Below are positions 48,461-53,267 of a stretch of DNA of 53,267 bases, piece after piece. This stretch comes from Octopus bimaculoides (taxonomy: Eukaryota): assembly GCF_001194135.2 (NCBI RefSeq), contig NC_068990.1, forward strand, positions 12,566,960 to 12,620,226, in the 5' to 3' direction. The notes under the pieces were generated by a model. That model made no database searches, was not told the origin of the DNA, and saw nothing but the letters and a program-made list of their open reading frames with translations. Each line of letters begins with the position of its first letter. Position 1 is the stretch's first letter. Both the position numbers and the translations under genes were made by a program.

Positions 48461-48784
48461 NNNNNNNNNNNNNNNNNNNNNNNNNNNNNNNNNNNNNNNN
48501 NNNNNNNNNNNNNNNNNNNNNNNNNNNNNNNNNNNNNNNNNNNNNNNNNNNNNNNNNNNNNNNNNNNNNNNNNNNNNNNNNNNNNNNNNNNNNNNNNNNN
48601 NNNNNNNNNNNNNNNNNNNNNNNNNNNNNNNNNNNNNNNNNNNNNNNNNNNNNNNNNNNNNNNNNNNNNNNNNNNNNNNNNNNNNNNNNNNNNNNNNNNN
48701 NNNNNNNNNNNNNNNNNNNNNNNNNNNNNNNNNNNNNNNNNNNNNNNNNNNNNNNNNNNNNNNNNNNNNNNNNNNNNNNNNNNN

Positions 48785-48819
<35 letters not shown>

Positions 48820-48990
48820 CATACATACATATATATATATATGTATATGGGTGTATGCATATATGTATACGTACGATATTTTGTATGATGTTTGAGCTTA
48901 TTGCAACCAGAGATAATATCAACAAGGAATGTAAACATCACGCCCTTTCCATTCATGCATGCATGTATGTGTATACATGTGCATGTGTAA

Positions 48991-49022
<32 letters not shown>

Positions 49023-50649
49023 ACGTGTGGTTCAATTGAAATAATGCTTTAATTACAAAAGCATTGAGACTCTAATTAAAGTTAATATTACGCCTCAGCC
49101 CTTTTGACACCAACCCACCAGAGACTACCACTTGCTCTATAATTCAAAACTATCTGTTTTATATATATCATATATTAATACAAATAAAAATTTTCTATCT
49201 TCATTTTATATAAGGACATTCTGATATCTTCCAAAGACTGATTTAATAATGAAAAAGTTCTCCACTTTAATAAATCCCTTCAAATTGTTGATTATTTTCA
49301 AAATTAATTGAAGTATAAGTTTCATGTTCATATTTCTAATGGAAATATTGTCATGAAATGATTAACAGTAAAATGGTTTCTTCTCATCGGATTTTCGATT
49401 TAAAATAGAGTTCAAAAAGCAATTGAAACAAGTCATCCTTATTTTGAACATGAAAATTTAGTTAATAAACGAAAATAGCAAAATTTCCAATGTTTATTTT
49501 TGTAGTAGATTCAGTGATGAAAGTCCAGTAATAGTATGCGTGTTCATGAAAATTGTGTAAAATTTAAAAAAAAAAATAAATAAAAAAAATAAGATTTAAA
49601 AAAAAAAGTTATTTCTATAACTTTAACTTCCCAAAATTCCATTTTGGAAACTTTTACAGACCCATGATTAAAATGCTTTCAGTGCTGTCTGACATTCCCA
49701 TTATATTCCAAAAAAATTTTCTATTTTAATTTATATAGTTATTTACAGAATCTCCCAACTACTTCTCAAAATATCCTGTATCTGTCTGGCCATGATTTGT
49801 CTGATTTCATAGACTCAAATTTAAGTCACTTTGGGTTTTATGTTAGTTTGAGACATAAATACAGTTGTCAACGCCCAGACTGTTATACAAATAAAACTGA
49901 AATTTGAGTCTTGTGTTCCAGGAAGAAGTAAAGTAATGGCTGGAGTAGAAAAGCAAAAGTCAGTTTCTGAATGCAACATTAGATCATATTATTCTATATT
50001 TTAATTATACTGAGTTTTTTTTTTTTTTTTTTGATTCTTTGACATGAAGTTTGTGAGTTTGATGCGCTGTTTTTATCAATGATGGTGTCTTCAATTTATT
50101 AGATGTTCTCATATCGCCATCAAACTAAAGAATGAGGACAGTGTTGTTATATAATTTTATTCAAGGTTGTGATCATTTTGAATGGCTAGAAGAGTTGTTT
50201 CATAAATATACATTGATTCATATGCATAATTAATTAATTGATCAATCATTTAATAAAATTATTTGCTCTTAACTATTTTCATCAGTTCCTAAAGTCACTA
50301 ACGTAGATTTTTCAGAGTTTCCAACTAACAGAGATTGTGGAGTTTGAGAGGTTGCATTGTAATAGAGCTGTAAACATTGAGTATTCTTTACCAGGAATTC
50401 AAAAGATAAAGATAGTAGATAGTGGACATATCATAATATCGTTCATGATTTAGTATAAACTTGCCAATAGTACAGTCACTGATAGATCAAGATGTTATCA
50501 CGTTTAAAAGCATGCTAGTAGGGTGAATATAGAGAAAAAGGGAATTTTTAAATCATATATCCACTCTGATAATCAGTGGAAGGTAAGCTACTGCAGAGAT
50601 ATGCATCATGAACAAGAATCAAACCAATGACTTGTCTTTTCTTGTTACG

Positions 50650-50869
50650 TTTAGTTATTTCAGTCATTAGACTGCAACCATGCTGGGGCACCTCCTTGAA
50701 GAATTTTAGTTGAGTGCATCAACCCCAGTACTTATTTTTCTTTAAAATCCTGGTACATATTCTATTGAACTCTTTCACTGAACTGCTAAGTTATGGGAAT
50801 GTAAACACATCAACACTGTTTGTCAAGCAGTGTTGGGGGATAAACACAGATACAAAGACTTATACACAC

Positions 50870-50910
<41 letters not shown>

Positions 50911-50953
50911 CACGCACACACATGCACACACACACACCCACTAACACACACAT

Positions 50954-50990
<37 letters not shown>

Positions 50991-51183
50991 TGCACATGCA
51001 CACACACACACGTGTGTGTGTGTCTGTATACAATAGGCTTGCTTCTTTTAGATTCTGTCTACCAAATCCACTCACAAAATTTTGGTTGGTCTGAGGCTAC
51101 AGTAGAAGACTCTTGCCCAAGGTGCCACACAGTGGGACTGAACCTGGAACCATGTGACTAGGAAGTAAACTTCTTACAACACC
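50650..51183 (-). mobile_element. SINE family B copy with an expanded internal (CA)n
   Basis: Reverse complement of family B, with about 170 bp of (CA)n-rich repeat at the internal microsatellite position. Confidence 0.85.
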
Positions 51184-51963
51184 AGCAAATCAGAACATCA
51201 ATTTGTTAATCGGTGTTATGTTTCATCACAGGGGAACAGCTTCTTCATTATGATAAATATGGGTTCATAACATTCAATTTGAACACATATTCATCATTAG
51301 AAGCTGTTCTTTTGTCACAAAACACAAAACTGATTAACATATTGATGTTTAAATCTGCCAGAATGCATTAATAGATATGCAACTCATCATTAAGGCAGAG
51401 AAAAGATTTTAAAGTAACTTAATGAAGAAAGAACAGTGGGTGAGGTGTCTGTTGGATATATATATATATATATATATATANNNNNNNNNNNNNNNNNNNN
51501 NNNNNNNNNNNNNNNNNNNNNNNNNNNNNNNNNNNNNNNNNNNNNNNNNNNNNNNNNNNNNNNNNNNNNNNNNNNNNNNNNNNNNNNNNNNNNNNNNNNN
51601 NNNNNNNNNNNNNNNNNNNNNNNNNNNNNNNNNNNNNNNNNNNNNNNNNNNNNNNNNNNNNNNNNNNNNNNNNNNNNNNNNNNNNNNNNNNNNNNNNNNN
51701 NNNNNNNNNNNNNNNNNNNNNNNNNNNNNNNNNNNNNNNNNNNNNNNNNNNNNNNNNNNNNNNNNNNNNNNNNNNNNNNNNNNNNNNNNNNNNNNNNNNN
51801 NNNNNNNNNNNNNNNNNNNNNNNNNNNNNNNNNNNNNNNNNNNNNNNNNATTAACACCAAATATACAGTGCGTGTGTTTTTATTGGCTAAACTGGCAATA
51901 TGACCATCCCCAAGTACAACAACATCTGTTTCAACACACGATTTCACATAAAAAATCTTGCAA

Positions 51964-52001
<38 letters not shown>

Positions 52002-52773
52002 TTACTCCATTCAGCATTTTTGTTTTTCAATAGATATGAAATTAACTTTTTCCTAATGTTTTTGGATGTCGATTTTGAATCTATCTTAGGCTTTTCCCTT
52101 GCAGTTTTGTTTTATAAATATGACAAGTATCATTTTTCTCAATTTTATTCAATGCTTAAAGAGATTTAAATAACATTCCATGCAAGAGTTTTCTTTTTTT
52201 ATTGCTTAAAATGCATAAACTTGATAAATTCATACATAATAAATTTTAACTTCATTGAATTACATCCACATGTAATTGAAGAGTTTTTTAAAAAGTTATG
52301 CAAATATCCTTTTCTCTTATAACCTTGGTCCAGGTCATTGTGATACAGTATCTAATAACAAACAACCATCATCTCCTCATGCCCAAATTCCTGGTTTCAT
52401 GTTTTCATTGCATGGATACAACTGCTCATTGTGTTCTACTTCAAGATTTTCTAGAAGGAAATCTAGGTGAGAATGCTGGAAGTGCATTCATAGGCTTAGA
52501 AACAGGGAGTGCAGGAGATACAAGTGCACTTCCTAACGTTTTTGTGGGGCAGTGAAAACACTTTGAACATCCTTTCTGAAAAACTGGGTTTGCACCTATG
52601 AAGCAAATTTCATTCCTGTACTTATGAGTGTATTTCTATCAATACACAATAGTTCCTTTCGATATCTGCATCAAAGAAGTTCTCAGTTTAGCTTCACCTC
52701 TCTATATGTAGGGAACATTTTAGTGCCCAAAGAGTTTCACATAACCATTTAAAAGTTTGTCAAGCTTTTAAAT

Positions 52774-53113
52774 CAGGGGTTCTCAACCATTTAAGAAAAA
52801 AACTTTGGACTCCTTTGATTACTACTTTATTCTCGTGGACCCGCATAGCCAATCAATGTTTAAAAACTAGTTTTATACATACTTCTTTCAAACTTCCTAT
52901 TTTGCTTTCCACACATTCACTTGTGAAGGTTGAACTCTGTAAGATGTTATAGAAAGAAATCTGTCTCTTGCAATATATACATCTAAAGCAAAATGTTTCC
53001 AGGAGCCCTTAAAATATTAGCGTGGATCCCCAGTTTACTCTTTTGTTGCATGGACCCCCAAAAGTCTTATATGGACTAAAAAGTGTCATATGTACCTCAG
53101 TTGAGAACCACTG
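52774..53113. mobile_element. hAT (Charlie-like) non-autonomous element
   Basis: TIRs CAGGGGTTCTCAAC and GTTGAGAACCACTG match at 13/14. Perfect 8-bp TSD TTTTAAAT at 52766-52773 and 53114-53121; 340 bp. Confidence 0.9.
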
Positions 53114-53213
53114 TTTTAAATTCTTGTTGAGAGTTCGTCCCCAACCAAAGAAACTTGCAAGCCAAATCCCAAAACGAAATATATATATATAACTATATAT
53201 ATATATATATATG

Positions 53214-53267
<54 letters not shown>

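Noticed and set aside
52455-52466. Possible 12-nt symmetric microexon (ttttctag|AAGGAAATCTAG|gtgaga)
   Set aside because: Such short AG...GT matches are expected by chance in 53 kb; there is no supporting evidence without RNA data.

Overview
AT-rich, microsatellite-dense animal genomic DNA from a gapped draft assembly, with many N runs bounded by (TA)n. The SINE families resemble those I recall from octopus (inference, not tested). The only well-supported host-gene content is two + strand exons (25026-25206 and 40326-40540). They splice in frame across a 15,119-bp phase-2 intron to give one complete four-cysteine CUB domain, bounded by phase-1 introns and resembling SOL-1-like CUB proteins. 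The rest of that gene is probably outside the window, so most of the window is likely intronic. The remainder is a layered transposon landscape: four SINE or SINE-like families (labelled A-D here), a full-length but dead DD37D/maT Tc1-mariner with TIRs, mariner-, piggyBac- and hAT-type non-autonomous elements, an L1/Tx1-like relic, and Penelope-like RT and GIY-YIG relics. There are also several foldback palindromes. The most notable non-coding signals are a candidate minimal type I hammerhead ribozyme (20339-20423, - strand) inside an inverted repeat, and three diverged elements that share hammerhead core motifs in permuted order. Nearly all long ORFs in the supplied track are artefacts of microsatellites and N runs.
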